From positions 1 through 53,892 of the forward strand of contig JBKCGW010000455.1 in the NCBI GenBank assembly GCA_046303175.1: a DNA stretch of 53,892 nucleotides. Reading direction: 5' to 3'. This document shows, piece after piece, positions 19,101-29,512 of the stretch. Below the pieces are notes generated by a model. It was given only the letters and a program-made list of their open reading frames with translations. It was not told the origin of the DNA and did no database searches. Within the stretch, counting starts at the first letter, position 1. Each line of letters starts with the position of its first letter. Position numbers and translations under genes: made by a program. The DNA comes from Flavobacteriales bacterium. Its GTDB lineage: Bacteria; Bacteroidota; Bacteroidia; Flavobacteriales_D; Sanyastnellaceae.

Positions 19101-22100
19101 GTGTATGGGTTCAAAGCGGGTACAACAATCGATGGCTGATTCGCGCCGTCGATGCTGTAAACAAATGTCCACGGGCCATTGCCGGTGAAATCTACTTCCA
19201 ATGAAACCGTTTGGCCTGCGCAGGCGTCAACCCCCGAAGGTGCCGAAATAGTTGCGGTTCCTGCAACATACCAAACAACCGATTGGGTGTTGGAAGAGAA
19301 TTGGATATTCGGATTGGTTTCATTAACACAACCGGAACCATCGTTGTTTCCAACCACACACGAGATGTAATAAGTGGTTCCACTAACTACAACACCGGCG
19401 CCCGAAATCGCTCCGAACGAAAGTGGAGTATTAGCATCACCAAAAATCGCATCACCGCATGAGCGCGCTATTTCTGAACCTAGCGCATCAGCAGGGTTGG
19501 AATGCAACACAAACATGAAGGCGTCGTTGGCATCGGCTGTATAGGCTGTGCTTTGTGTGGCTGTAGCTTGTGCAGGCGATGCGGCGGGTGAACAGATGCT
19601 CAGCGCACTTGCGGTCATAACACCCCCATCGGTAGTGGTAGGACACGTGAAGCCGGCATCGGTCATGATGACACTATTGCAGTTGTAGAAATCATTGAAC
19701 GTCCACGATCCTCCGGTTCCGCCGGATGGCATCGATGCGGTGGTAAACACGTTGGAGGCGAAAGCACCACCCACTCCACCCGGAGCTTCTGTGTAAGGCG
19801 ATGATCCGCCGGTGATGGTATACTCAATGGTGTAGTTTTCACCTACGTTGTCGCACACCAAGTCGGTTTGTGCTACTTGAATATCTGCGCGAATGTTTAC
19901 GACAATTGTTTCATCAACTTGATCGAAACAGGCCGGTGCTGAGGTAAAATAGACTTGATCTAATTCGAGACTGAAGTTGTTCGTGGCCGTTATGGTTTCG
20001 ATAAATGAAGAGGACTCGTTATTGAACGTATTCACGCCAACATCAGGTGTGCCAATGAATTCATAGCTATAGTTGTTGCCTGCGGGTGTGACTTCTACTT
20101 CAATGTCGATGGGGTCGCCTGCGCACACATCCACCGGACTGGCAAGGGCATTTTCTCCGTTGATGGTGAATGAAACCAGTGTTGGCAGTGGGTTAATAAC
20201 CACATCTACGCATTCACCGGTTATAGAGCTGGTGCAGTTGACATCGCTTACGCTTGTGATGCAATATTCACCTGCGGCTGTCAAGTTCCAAACGAAGATG
20301 TAGTTGGGATTGGCGGGGTTATCAGCAATGTTGAGGTCGGCTTGGGCAACACCATCCAGCGTGTATTCTACCACCCAAGGACCATCGCCCGTAAGGGTAA
20401 GTTGTACAACCGCATTGTTACCAGCGCAGGCCGATGCAGTGAAGTTATCGGGAAGTGTTGCTGTTGGATTCGCGTTCGTGTTCACGTTCACAGAAGCATT
20501 GCTTGCATCGGTGCTCGGGCAGGCCGGAGCAGTTGTGTAGGCGACCGATTCTATATCGTAGGCAACCAATCCTGCTGTTGTTGGATCGGGCACATCGATA
20601 CTTCCGTTATCAGCAACCACCACCGGCGGTTGGTTCGTTCCGCCAATGGAATAGGTAATGGAGTAACTTCCCGGATCACTATGGCTTAAAAAAAGCTCGA
20701 GCGCCTCGCCCACACACAGCGGACTAACAGCGTCAAACGATGAGGTGACAAGTGCCCGCGAGTTAATAGTTACATCTTGGGGTACGGTTATAGGGTCGGA
20801 AACACAACCGTTTGCATCTCGCACTTGCAAAACAGACACGGTCGTATTACTGGCAATAAGTGTCGTATAGTCGTAAGGGTCGGTAACATCCACCAAGTCG
20901 GGAGCACCTGCAATGGGGTTTGCAATCCAAACATCGAAAGGCGCCAATCCTGCTGTAAAATCGATTTCAACGGTTGCGTTCTCGCCCTCGCAAACAATCG
21001 TGGGAGCACTAAGTGTAAATTCAGGTCCGGCTGTTTCACCAATGGTTGCGCTTCCCGTGGCATCGCAGCCTGATACCGGGTCGATAACCGTAACGGTATA
21101 AAGGGCACCGGCGAGTGTTCCTTGCAAGTTGTTTTGGTCTTCCTGACCATTAACGATTCCGGCTCCGCCCGCTCCGGCAACCCAGTTGTAGGTTAGGTTG
21201 GCAGAATTGGTTCCGAAAGCTGTAAGGTCAATAGAACCCGGAGTACCGCACGATTCGTCAATTGCGTCGAGTTGCAAGCGATGCAGCGATACGTCCACAG
21301 TAATGAAATCTTCACTGGCGCATGAGCCGGTATTTAAGGGCGTACTCACGCGATAGGTGGTAGTGCTGTCGGGAGAAACGTTTTGAGTGGCTACGTTTTG
21401 GGCAAGTGCAGGGGTAGCGTCACCGCCCGGCAAAACTTCCCATGTATACTGGTTTCCGGAACCCGCACCTTCTGCCGTGAGCGTGAAGGCGTCACCTTGG
21501 CAAATTACTGCCGGTGTAGAGGTTATATTGATGTTGGGGAGAATCGAAATCTGGATTTCGATATCGTCATCATCCGGTATAGGGCATGCATCATCCTCGG
21601 CGTGCAACTGCAGTGTATAGGGAGTAGCACTTGCCATTCCGGGTGTTGTTTGCAACTCAAAGGTGGCAACACCCGGTGCTAGGCTGCTTTGCGTCATGGT
21701 AATTGCAGAAAGCGCCGGAGCCGCGGGAGAAAATTGATAGGTAATGGTGATGTTGCGAGATAGATTGGGGTTCGATGCCTGAACCGTGAAGCTAAGAAGA
21801 TTGCCTGCGCAAACTGAAACCACATCGGGTGCCGCTCCTGGACTATCGGTGTAAGTAACATCTGTACCGGTCGATGTAACAGGAATGGGATCGAAAGCGG
21901 TGTCTGTGAGTGAGCAGTCGCGCACGGCGATGGGTAAGCAATATTGCAGAGTGCCGGCATAGGAGCCTCCTTCGGTGAGTTCGATGTCGATGGGAATGAT
22001 GTAAACAAGCGTTGGCGAGTTTGCGGGAAGCGCAGGTGGAGTCCAGCTTATTATACCTGTAGTCGAATTGATGCTGAGGCCGGCCGGTATGCTGAAACCG

Positions 22101-22786
22101 GGGATGGCAATAGAAGAATTGGGAGTTGCTCCGGTGGTAAGTGGCGTGCCCAAGGTGTAAGTAGCTGTCACACCCGCCGGCAATGCAAGTTCAACATCGT
22201 GCTGTTCTGCAAATGCAGAGCAGAAATACGATACGAAGTTTCCTGCTGATTGGGGTAGAATGTTATTTAAACCACAGACAGTTGAAGCGGTGTTGATTTC
22301 TGACTCGATATAAGCATCCTGAAGAAAAACCGCATCCGCATTTTCGAAATAAAAACTCCAATCCAGAGCATTGAAATGCGCCGACCAAATGCAGCCGGCC
22401 GCCAATGTTACTTGCGTTTCATACACAATTTTTTTAATACCAAGGTTTGCGCTAGCCGCATTGTTGCACGAGCTGTTGAGCAGTTCGGTTGGACACAAGT
22501 CGGACACTTCGGTTGTGCTGGTGCTAGCCGCTGAAGCGGAGAAAGAATTGAATGAAGGTCCTGCGCATGAGGCATCAGGAGCGAACACAATATCAACAAA
22601 ACCGGGGTATTGTGCTGTTGATCCTGCTCCGTAGCAGTCAACGTATAGATTTAATGAGACGTTGTATTGATCACCCCCTAAACAGTTCCAAGTGATACCG
22701 CCACCTAAAACGGACTGCGCCTGCATGCTTGCGGCTGCAATGAGGAAAATGAATATTGCTGCAATGCGTGATTGTTGCTTCAACAT
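16106..22786 (-). CDS. giant T9SS type B sorting domain adhesin-like protein (~2226 aa)
   Basis: The ORF runs to 22828. I prefer the start MLKQQSRIAAIFIFLIAAASMQAQ at 22786. The body is a long series of Ig-like repeats with a PKD-like segment near the C-terminus. The CTD is FVPNTFTPDGDGLNDVFMPVVNGELEGSYRFWVFNRWGDVVFYTEE...GYYLWKIDV. Confidence 0.85.
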   Translation of the reverse strand: MLKQQSRIAAIFIFLIAAASMQAQSVLGGGITWNCLGGDQYNVSLNLYVDCYGAGSTAQYPGFVDIVFAPDASCAGPSFNSFSASAASTSTTEVSDLCPTELLNSSCNNAASANLGIKKIVYETQVTLAAGCIWSAHFNALDWSFYFENADAVFLQDAYIESEINTASTVCGLNNILPQSAGNFVSYFCSAFAEQHDVELALPAGVTATYTLGTPLTTGATPNSSIAIPGFSIPAGLSINSTTGIISWTPPALPANSPTLVYIIPIDIELTEGGSYAGTLQYCLPIAVRDCSLTDTAFDPIPVTSTGTDVTYTDSPGAAPDVVSVCAGNLLSFTVQASNPNLSRNITITYQFSPAAPALSAITMTQSSLAPGVATFELQTTPGMASATPYTLQLHAEDDACPIPDDDDIEIQISILPNINITSTPAVICQGDAFTLTAEGAGSGNQYTWEVLPGGDATPALAQNVATQNVSPDSTTTYRVSTPLNTGSCASEDFITVDVSLHRLQLDAIDESCGTPGSIDLTAFGTNSANLTYNWVAGAGGAGIVNGQEDQNNLQGTLAGALYTVTVIDPVSGCDATGSATIGETAGPEFTLSAPTIVCEGENATVEIDFTAGLAPFDVWIANPIAGAPDLVDVTDPYDYTTLIASNTTVSVLQVRDANGCVSDPITVPQDVTINSRALVTSSFDAVSPLCVGEALELFLSHSDPGSYSITYSIGGTNQPPVVVADNGSIDVPDPTTAGLVAYDIESVAYTTAPACPSTDASNASVNVNTNANPTATLPDNFTASACAGNNAVVQLTLTGDGPWVVEYTLDGVAQADLNIADNPANPNYIFVWNLTAAGEYCITSVSDVNCTSSITGECVDVVINPLPTLVSFTINGENALASPVDVCAGDPIDIEVEVTPAGNNYSYEFIGTPDVGVNTFNNESSSFIETITATNNFSLELDQVYFTSAPACFDQVDETIVVNIRADIQVAQTDLVCDNVGENYTIEYTITGGSSPYTEAPGGVGGAFASNVFTTASMPSGGTGGSWTFNDFYNCNSVIMTDAGFTCPTTTDGGVMTASALSICSPAASPAQATATQSTAYTADANDAFMFVLHSNPADALGSEIARSCGDAIFGDANTPLSFGAISGAGVVVSGTTYYISCVVGNNDGSGCVNETNPNIQFSSNTQSVVWYVAGTATISAPSGVDACAGQTVSLEVDFTGNGPWTFVYSIDGANQPSIVVPALNPYTFNATQSGTFAVESLTNSAQNCLGTASGSVDVVIHPLPAVTISTDATVCGGLTHCFDVQFTGEEPFSMVVNVPNVAANETVANLLLNDQYCTDVPGDYQILQVTDNFGCVANVNETSTLSVFPAVSASWLSNSESYCPNEPAINASFSTTGDGPFTVALTGPDPANPPTISNNEISIDAPGTYTLVSITDTHGCVNNTPDIFEAIELPVPTADAGSDVAQCSGLPVQLGTPAVNGVTYAWTPSAGIAAGQSDEAQPSLTINNSLNSPYTYTLSVTDGVCSNSDEVIVTIHPNPSINVTASDDILCFDAPNNVATLTAVPTAGGTYTYTWTASSSFTSATNNAVVDVDPAASEVFEVTASEDFGSISCSTEETIAIEVNDPVEIINLVYPPDMCNGLCINETSQDINFDVLGAFNNAFTATIDGNSAIDPICFDDPENHTLLVVDAQGCEASADFTINVREQEYVIADTDQPYPFCFNETEGVVEGNNPDATQYILSENGTVVSIAENAPFVFSNLGIGTYDLTINILLNSGQVCSADTSFTIDPDSPEIFIAANPPAILGCPNYPITFDAEASGGAGNFTTYWYGCEDLSTCLVGTTNESANQVLTVLLSQDTTLFFYALDAIGCSSDTITAVGTISSNVALFVQNGLDTLHTCQYNCEELTALATGGTGNLLIEWYELNDVVDLTPTLIASQDTITECFLFSEIFEIRVTDENCPLTSISDTLWVTVHDTPEPIMDADEGGNCFPDTIGFYYTLLDTNYNDLSTCIWSLGNGTQLIYCGDTSVVYTAPGTYFPSITITSEFGCTASDTLSTPITIRPYPEVDFTWDPQPVDILNREVQFQNLTAGADTIYWNFYNAGESALPNPTWTFPDIESTEPYLVCLTAGNEYGCLDTLCQDVFVENVLQVFVPNTFTPDGDGLNDVFMPVVNGELEGSYRFWVFNRWGDVVFYTEEVGKAWTGGYDGGTYYIQDGYYLWKIDVDDLETGKTKSFEGNVFIVR

Positions 22787-23024
22787 GCGGTTCGTGGGTG
22801 ATTCCGGAATAGTGTTCGTGCTTACCATGTCAAGGTTAACTCAAAATCGCGGCGTTTCAATTGGTTTGGCAAAGCGTTATCAACAGAATTAAATGAATTA
22901 ATAGCTCATCAACACTGCTTAGTCGGGCCGTGAAAATAATCGGTTTAGCGATTCATCAAGGCAAAATCGAGCATTCTTTGCTAAATCCTAACATGAAGAC
23001 TACGAATTCAAGAAAAAGATTGCA

Positions 23025-23058
23025 TCAAAAAAACAAAAGCCGCCAATTGGCGGCTTTT
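23025..23058 (-). terminator. rho-independent terminator
   Basis: On the minus strand GCCGCCAATTGGCGGC is followed by TTTTGTTTTTTT, about 20 nt after the stop of the 23077..26331 gene. Confidence 0.8.
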
Positions 23059-23076
23059 GAGTGCATATCCGATACA

Positions 23077-26000
23077 TTAAAACTTAATGAAACGCTTGCT
23101 AATTGTTGTTGAGCCGAATTCCAATCGAATGGAATAAGATCCGGGTGCAAGTGAGTTGAGGGGCAATTGAATGTCGCCTGCAAAAGGTGTTTTGTTGGTA
23201 TGAATCATACGACCCGATGCATCCAGTATGCTCCAGCCACTGCCCGGAGAAGAAGTTCGAATAGTAAGCATGTCTCCTGCAGGATTTGGGAATACCTCGA
23301 AAGACACTTCCGGCTCATGAACGCCGAGCGTGTAAATCGCATCGACTGTTTGTGTCTGTGTGTCGGTGCAACCATCGATGGTTGTAGAGAGTGATACAGA
23401 AAGTTGCGGTGTAATCGAGAGGAAGTCGTATGTGTAGGTGTGTGAAGGAGATTGCTCGTTGCTAGTAGCGCCATCACCAAAATCCCATGCGTAGGTGCCG
23501 ATATTTCCTGTATTCGTGAATACGACCTCTTGTCCGCTGTTTCCAAACTCAACAGGATTCGGCATAGTGAATGATGCTATAACTTGTTCTGAAATATCGA
23601 GCAGGTAGCGTGGATAGAATTTATAACCCACGCTGAACGGCGATGTTTCGTCCATTTGAGCGCCTATACCCACAGCTGTGAAATGACCTTCGAGTGCCGG
23701 AATTGAGAACATGTCGCTATTGAAATCAATTCGCATCACATTTTCATTCGTTCCATCCGTTACTTCTACATCAAACCCACTGCCGAATTGACCCCACTGC
23801 GATGGATCGACCAGGGTAACGCACTCGAGTTTTACCATGCGGCTTTCGTGTTCTTCGCCGAGCGTGCTCACCGTTTGGGGAATATCGAGCGGATTGCCGT
23901 TGCTAATTACTTCAACAGAACTGGCTAGAAATTCGGCCATGCCAAAAAACTGACTCACTTGTCCTTCCACCAAAATGCTATCGCCTTCTACCGGAACGTA
24001 GCCTAAGTTGTCGCTAGCAGAGAAAATGCGAATACCATCGGTACCATCGATAAGCGTGAATTCCAAGCCGCTTGGATTGAAATTAACTCCGTGCACAATA
24101 CCGCCCAACGCGCAGAATGTGTTCAAACTATCGAGGGCGCCAAGCGAGTTTGTGGTGGTAATCTCGGCAATTGGATACAGTGGGAAACTTTGGTCGTTGT
24201 CTTGAATCGTAATGGTGATGAATTCATTGACGAAAATTGCATTTCCGGCAACATCCACGATAGTGAGTGTGATTGTCTCGAAAAGCTCCTGCGTAGCATC
24301 ATCAACAATTTCAAGCATGAACGATTCTTCTGTATTGTTTGAATCGAAAATGAATTGAATGGGGAATGTGGTGGTGTAGTCTGATCCTGCAGTAGCAGAG
24401 GCAGAAACAAGCTGGACCGTCACAGGCGTCGTGTTAATTACGTTGTATGCACTTACCACAATGTTGGCAAACCCGGCCGATTCATTCACCTGTATGGCTG
24501 TCTGATTGAATGTTAAATAGGGCTGTTGTGTGCAGGCTAGCGCTTCATGCATGCCAAGGTTGCTGTAATCGGTGTTCACATAATTCAACCACTGCCCCGC
24601 TGAAAGTTCCCAATTGGTGCTGGGTGCGTTTACTTCGAACTTCCTGCGCAAGGTTTGATTCATGGTAGAAGCAAGTCCGAAGGTCCATTCATTCACGGTA
24701 TCACCAACAACGCCGATAATGTCGATGGCCTCTAATTGATATGCTAACACGATGGCATCGTTACCGTTGAAATTATTCATGGATGCAGTTGTGTTATCGG
24801 CTAACGCTAAAAGTGCTCCGTCGGCTTGAGAGCTGCATACTACGTACGTTTCGCCTGGCTGCAGAGTATCCCCAGGGGTGTCGAGAACGATAAACGAAGT
24901 GTCACCGTTGTTGTAGGAAAACAAATCGTAGTCGTCCAGATCAACCGGAAAAGGAGTAGCGTTGTAAAGCTCAATCGCTTTGCTGGAGCCATTTCCTTCA
25001 ATATACTCCGAGATGATTACACGCGAACATCCATCGGCAGGAAAGCAGTCGATGTTGCGGATATCGATATAATTTTCAGATATAGCGACGCAGCCGCCAT
25101 CGGCCTGAATGTCGAAAACCAAATCGGTGGGTTGAACGGTATTCGGATTAAGGTTACCGAAATACGAAACGCCAAAAATGTGATATTCGCCGAAGCCAAG
25201 CGAGCTGAGATCATAGGATCCAACGCTTAATTCCTGGTAAATCTGATTGTCTGCATTGGTAAGGAAGTAGCGGTATTGGTCTGCAACTCCTTCCACGGTG
25301 TGCGTAAAATTGATTACTCCCGGATTGTTGATTTGACAAAAGCTGATGTAAGCCAAACCATTATCAAGGGTGACCACCCCTGCATCGCAACCGGTTAGAG
25401 CACAGTCTTCGCGCACCACTACCAGAAAGTTGCTCGAAAGGGCCAGGCAAAGGTCAGAACTCGCTCCTGAAACTGGCATACCTGCAGCCAACGTGCTCTC
25501 ATCGAGCAACCCGTTGTAAGAGATTCCGAAAATATGATAGGTGCCGGCGGCGTATAAATCCATGTCAATCAAACCCCAGTCGTTCCACTCAAGCACGAGG
25601 TCAGAACTATCGGTGAGTACAAAAATGTAATTGTCGCCAAACATGCTGGAAGAACTCAGCGAAAGCGGCATGTTGGTAGAATCAGTACATTGATTAAGGT
25701 TGCCGCTTTGAAGTAGAAGCTCAGCACCTGAGCAATCAGGTACATTGGTGTAACCGGGCGTGGGCAATTGAAGGATGTATGAAGTGTGGTCTGAAATCAA
25801 ACCGCCATCCGGTACGCGCGAGAATGACAAAGGTGAGTTTCCTTCTATGTCAAGGATTGTTTGTCCGGGGGTTAGCGCCGCACTCAATCCATCATCCGGT
25901 CCATCGCCTGAGGTATACACCAAGGCATCTACAATGTTGGAATTCGAAACGGGTGTTCCCGGAACCCATTCAATAGCATCGCCTACATAAAGAGCAATTC

Positions 26001-26331
26001 CATCTTGTCCGTTTTGAATAGATCCCTGTGCATTCGGATTGAGAATTGCGTCGACATTGGGTACAAGTTGCGATCCCAAAACGAAAAACCCGAGTTCGTC
26101 GGTAGTGTATCCGTCCAAGTCATAGACATCATATGAAACATCTCCTGAACCGTTGAAAAAAACAAGCACCAATCCATCGAGCGAAGTATTAGGCGCACCA
26201 TACAACTCAACGAATTCTGTGGTATCAGAGCCCGGTTGATCCTGGTCCAACTCATTGATGCGGATATCGGTGTTTTGGCCGAAAGCGAGGGTGCTCAAGC
26301 AAATGAGCGCTAGTAAGAAAAGGTTTTTCAT
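23077..26331 (-). CDS. T9SS type A sorting domain protein with lamin-tail-like (LTD), Calx-beta-like and PKD segments
   Basis: Start at MKNLFLLALICLSTLAFGQ. There are two LTD-like segments (RINELDQDQPGSDTTEFVELYG; VIISEYIEGNGSSKAIELYNATPFPVDL). A Calx-beta-like segment follows (TAGSDYTTTFPIQFIFDSNNTEESFMLEIVDDATQELFETITLTI), then PKD (YAWDFGDGATSNEQSPSHTYT). The C-terminal Por_Secre_tail is FEVFPNPAGDMLTIRT...SYSIRLEFGSTTISKRFIKF. Confidence 0.8.
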   Translation of the reverse strand: MKNLFLLALICLSTLAFGQNTDIRINELDQDQPGSDTTEFVELYGAPNTSLDGLVLVFFNGSGDVSYDVYDLDGYTTDELGFFVLGSQLVPNVDAILNPNAQGSIQNGQDGIALYVGDAIEWVPGTPVSNSNIVDALVYTSGDGPDDGLSAALTPGQTILDIEGNSPLSFSRVPDGGLISDHTSYILQLPTPGYTNVPDCSGAELLLQSGNLNQCTDSTNMPLSLSSSSMFGDNYIFVLTDSSDLVLEWNDWGLIDMDLYAAGTYHIFGISYNGLLDESTLAAGMPVSGASSDLCLALSSNFLVVVREDCALTGCDAGVVTLDNGLAYISFCQINNPGVINFTHTVEGVADQYRYFLTNADNQIYQELSVGSYDLSSLGFGEYHIFGVSYFGNLNPNTVQPTDLVFDIQADGGCVAISENYIDIRNIDCFPADGCSRVIISEYIEGNGSSKAIELYNATPFPVDLDDYDLFSYNNGDTSFIVLDTPGDTLQPGETYVVCSSQADGALLALADNTTASMNNFNGNDAIVLAYQLEAIDIIGVVGDTVNEWTFGLASTMNQTLRRKFEVNAPSTNWELSAGQWLNYVNTDYSNLGMHEALACTQQPYLTFNQTAIQVNESAGFANIVVSAYNVINTTPVTVQLVSASATAGSDYTTTFPIQFIFDSNNTEESFMLEIVDDATQELFETITLTIVDVAGNAIFVNEFITITIQDNDQSFPLYPIAEITTTNSLGALDSLNTFCALGGIVHGVNFNPSGLEFTLIDGTDGIRIFSASDNLGYVPVEGDSILVEGQVSQFFGMAEFLASSVEVISNGNPLDIPQTVSTLGEEHESRMVKLECVTLVDPSQWGQFGSGFDVEVTDGTNENVMRIDFNSDMFSIPALEGHFTAVGIGAQMDETSPFSVGYKFYPRYLLDISEQVIASFTMPNPVEFGNSGQEVVFTNTGNIGTYAWDFGDGATSNEQSPSHTYTYDFLSITPQLSVSLSTTIDGCTDTQTQTVDAIYTLGVHEPEVSFEVFPNPAGDMLTIRTSSPGSGWSILDASGRMIHTNKTPFAGDIQLPLNSLAPGSYSIRLEFGSTTISKRFIKF

Positions 26332-26508
26332 GGTCGTTACAAGCGATTTAAATCGGCTCGCAATTTCGATGATTTTTAAGAACAGCCCGTTGTTTTTATT
26401 CAACAACAGCTAGGTTATATCCTGTTGTCAGAATAAAAATGTTGAATGCCAAAAGAATCACTTGCACTGACCTTGAACTATCAGTACACAACCTTCAATC
26501 TTGAACTA

Positions 26509-29337
26509 TCAACTTTCAACCTCATACATCTCCATTGGTGGGCATGTACAAACGAGGTTTCTGTCGCCGAAAGCATTGTCTACGCGCCCAACCGAAGTCC
26601 AGAACTTGACATCGCGCAAGCTGCTTACAGGGTATGCTGCTTGGCTTCGTGTGTAGGAGTGATTCCAGTTATCGGCAGTAAGTTCTGCAGCAGTATGAGG
26701 AGCCATCTTAAGCACATTATCGGCTTTATCGGCAAGGCCTGCTTCAACTTGAGCAATCTCTTTGCGGATGCTGATCATCGCATCACAAAAACGATCAAGC
26801 TCGCTCAGCGGTTCGCTTTCTGTGGGTTCAATCATCACGGTTCCTGCAACCGGGAACGATACAGTGGGTGCGTGAAATCCGTAGTCCATCAGACGCTTGG
26901 CAATATCTTCTACTTCTATACCTGCTTTCTTGAATTCGCGGCAATCGAGAATCATTTCATGCGCTACACGATTGTTGTTGCCCGTGTAAAGAACAGGGTA
27001 GTGTCCTTGCAGAAGCTCTTTCATGTAGTTGGCATTGAGTATAGCATATCGCGTTGCATCGGTAACACCTTGTCCGCCGAGCATTTTGATATAGCCATAG
27101 GAGATAAGCAGGATCAGTGCGCTTCCGAACGGAGCACTTGAAACACCGTTGATGGCTTGAGGACCACCGGTTTTAATGTGCACATTGCCCGGCAAAAAAG
27201 GAACGAGCTTGTCGTTCACACCAATAGGGCCCATACCGGGGCCGCCGCCACCGTGTGGGATTGCGAAAGTTTTATGCAGGTTGAGGTGACACACATCGGC
27301 ACCGATATTTCCAGGGGAGGTCAATCCAACCTGAGCGTTCATGTTGGCACCATCCATATACACCAAGCCGCCGTTGTCGTGCACTATTCGTGTGATGTCT
27401 TTGATAGCTTCTTCAAACACGCCGTGCGTGCTTGGGTAAGTCACCATCAATGCAGCCAGGTTGTCTTTGTGTTGTTCTGCTTTTGAGGCGAGATCCACCA
27501 CATCCACGTTACCATTCTCGTCGCATTTTACCACTACAACCTGCAAACCGGCCATTACAGCCGAAGCCGGATTGGTTCCGTGTGCTGAACTTGGGATGAG
27601 GCAAATGTTGCGGTGATGATCGCCGCGGTTTTCATGGTATGCCATGATTACGAGCAGACCAGCAAGCTCTCCTTGGGCTCCGGAATTGGGTTGCAACGAC
27701 ATGCCGCTGAAGCCGGTGCATTTGCACAAGTCGTCGTGCAATTCGCTGATGATTTCGGCATAACCCGCAGCTTGTTCAGCCGGAGCGAAGGGGTGAATAT
27801 CAGAAAACTCAGGCCATGTGAGCGGCATCATTTCACTTGTAGCGTTGAGCTTCATAGTGCATGAGCCAAGCGCAATCATGGCATGTGCAAGCGACAAATC
27901 TTTGTTTTCGAGCTTTTTCAAATAACGAAGCATTTCGGTTTCGCTTCGGTGTGAATTGAATACCGGGTGCGTCATGAAATCGCTCGTGCGCTCAAATCCC
28001 TTCATTGCATCCGATGTTGCAGCAGCCGGAGTTGAACCCAGCAAGGAGATTACCTCGTGCACATCAGCAGCGCTCATGGCTTCATTCACTGAAACCCCTA
28101 CGTGACCATCGGCATAGTATCGGAAGTTTACACCTGCTGCTTCTGCTTTGCTGCGTACTTCAGCGGTGTTGTTTACTTTGATTTTGAGCGTATCGAAGAA
28201 ATGAGTGTTGACCTGATTCGATCCGAGAGCACCTGCGATTTGCAGTGCTTTGGAGTGAACGGCACGCGCTATGGTCTTCAAGCCATCGGGTCCATGGTAA
28301 ACACCGTAAGACGACGCCATTACGGCCAAAAGTGCTTGAGCTGTGCATATGTTGCTAGTGGCTTTCTCGCGGCGAATGTGTTGCTCGCGCGTTTGAAGCG
28401 ACATGCGCAACGCCATATTGCCGTGGCGATCTTTTGAAACGCCGATGATACGACCGGGCATGTTGCGCTTGAATTCATCCTTCGCACAGAAGAACGCGGC
28501 GTGCGGACCACCGAAACCCATGGGAACACCAAAGCGTTGCGAGTTACCGAAACAGATGTCGGCACCCCATTCACCGGGAGGTGTAATGAGCGTGAGCGAC
28601 ATGATATCGGCGGCGCATGCTACGTGGCCACCCACGGCGTGCATGCGATCTGCAAACGACTTATAATCGTTGATTTGACCGCTGTTGTTGGGGTATTGTA
28701 CCAATCCACCGATGTAGCTATTGTCGAATGAGGCAGTGGCGTAATCACCAAACACCAACTCTATCTTCAGGTGTTTCGCACGACCACGCAACACATCAAT
28801 CGTTTGCGGGAACACTTCGTTATCTACAAAGAAGCGATTGGCACCTGCTTGTTCTTTTTCTTTTGAAAGGCTGTGGAAGAAAAGAATCATTGCCTCAGCT
28901 GCAGCGGTACCTTCATCGAGCAACGATGCATTGGCAATGGGAAGTGCGGTAAGATCGGTAACCATCGTTTGGAAGTTGAGTAGCGCCTCTAATCTTCCTT
29001 GAGCTATTTCTGCTTGATAAGGTGTGTAGGCAGTATACCATCCCGGGTTTTCAAGCACATTACGCAATATGACGGTAGGCACCAGCGTGGGGTGATATCC
29101 TAATCCAATGTAGCTCTTGTTTACTTTATTTTTTGCTGCTTTGCTGCGCATCAATTGCAGAAACTCATGCTCTGCAAGACCTTCACCAATGGCGAGAGGT
29201 TGTGCGCTGCGAATGCCTGAAGGCACTGTTTCGTCGATGAGTTGTTCGAGGCTTGAAACACCGATGGTGTTGAGCATGTGTTTCATTTCGTGCGCACGTG
29301 GACCAATGTGGCGTGCAGCAAAGGATGTACTTGACAT
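26509..29337 (-). CDS. gcvP: glycine dehydrogenase (aminomethyl-transferring), glycine cleavage P protein
   Basis: 942 aa single-chain P protein. It shows FAARHIGP..., the [15 protein letters not shown] motif, and the PLP lysine region [19 protein letters not shown]. Confidence 0.95.
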   Translation of the reverse strand: MSSTSFAARHIGPRAHEMKHMLNTIGVSSLEQLIDETVPSGIRSAQPLAIGEGLAEHEFLQLMRSKAAKNKVNKSYIGLGYHPTLVPTVILRNVLENPGWYTAYTPYQAEIAQGRLEALLNFQTMVTDLTALPIANASLLDEGTAAAEAMILFFHSLSKEKEQAGANRFFVDNEVFPQTIDVLRGRAKHLKIELVFGDYATASFDNSYIGGLVQYPNNSGQINDYKSFADRMHAVGGHVACAADIMSLTLITPPGEWGADICFGNSQRFGVPMGFGGPHAAFFCAKDEFKRNMPGRIIGVSKDRHGNMALRMSLQTREQHIRREKATSNICTAQALLAVMASSYGVYHGPDGLKTIARAVHSKALQIAGALGSNQVNTHFFDTLKIKVNNTAEVRSKAEAAGVNFRYYADGHVGVSVNEAMSAADVHEVISLLGSTPAAATSDAMKGFERTSDFMTHPVFNSHRSETEMLRYLKKLENKDLSLAHAMIALGSCTMKLNATSEMMPLTWPEFSDIHPFAPAEQAAGYAEIISELHDDLCKCTGFSGMSLQPNSGAQGELAGLLVIMAYHENRGDHHRNICLIPSSAHGTNPASAVMAGLQVVVVKCDENGNVDVVDLASKAEQHKDNLAALMVTYPSTHGVFEEAIKDITRIVHDNGGLVYMDGANMNAQVGLTSPGNIGADVCHLNLHKTFAIPHGGGGPGMGPIGVNDKLVPFLPGNVHIKTGGPQAINGVSSAPFGSALILLISYGYIKMLGGQGVTDATRYAILNANYMKELLQGHYPVLYTGNNNRVAHEMILDCREFKKAGIEVEDIAKRLMDYGFHAPTVSFPVAGTVMIEPTESEPLSELDRFCDAMISIRKEIAQVEAGLADKADNVLKMAPHTAAELTADNWNHSYTRSQAAYPVSSLRDVKFWTSVGRVDNAFGDRNLVCTCPPMEMYEVES

Positions 29338-29512
29338 AGTGTTTTCGTTGGTGGATGCTTATGCATCCGATTGAAATTATTATTGAATTTCGATCTGTTT
29401 TTTAGGTAAAAAACAATTCCTGCAGTTGCGGTTCAAATATAGATGTGTGAGCGCGCTACACACAACACACTTTTTTCAATTGAATTCAACGCTAACTCCT
29501 AATTTAGCACCC

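Noticed and set aside
26446-27141. 231 aa + strand ORF
   Set aside because: It lies almost wholly antisense to gcvP, whose identity is unambiguous. It has no family features.
29338-29512. Glycine riboswitch upstream of gcvP
   Set aside because: The spacer is about 175 nt. It shows only one small hairpin (ggatgc-ttat-gcatcc) next to the start codon. I could not find the conserved aptamer core sequences, and tandem aptamers would not fit.
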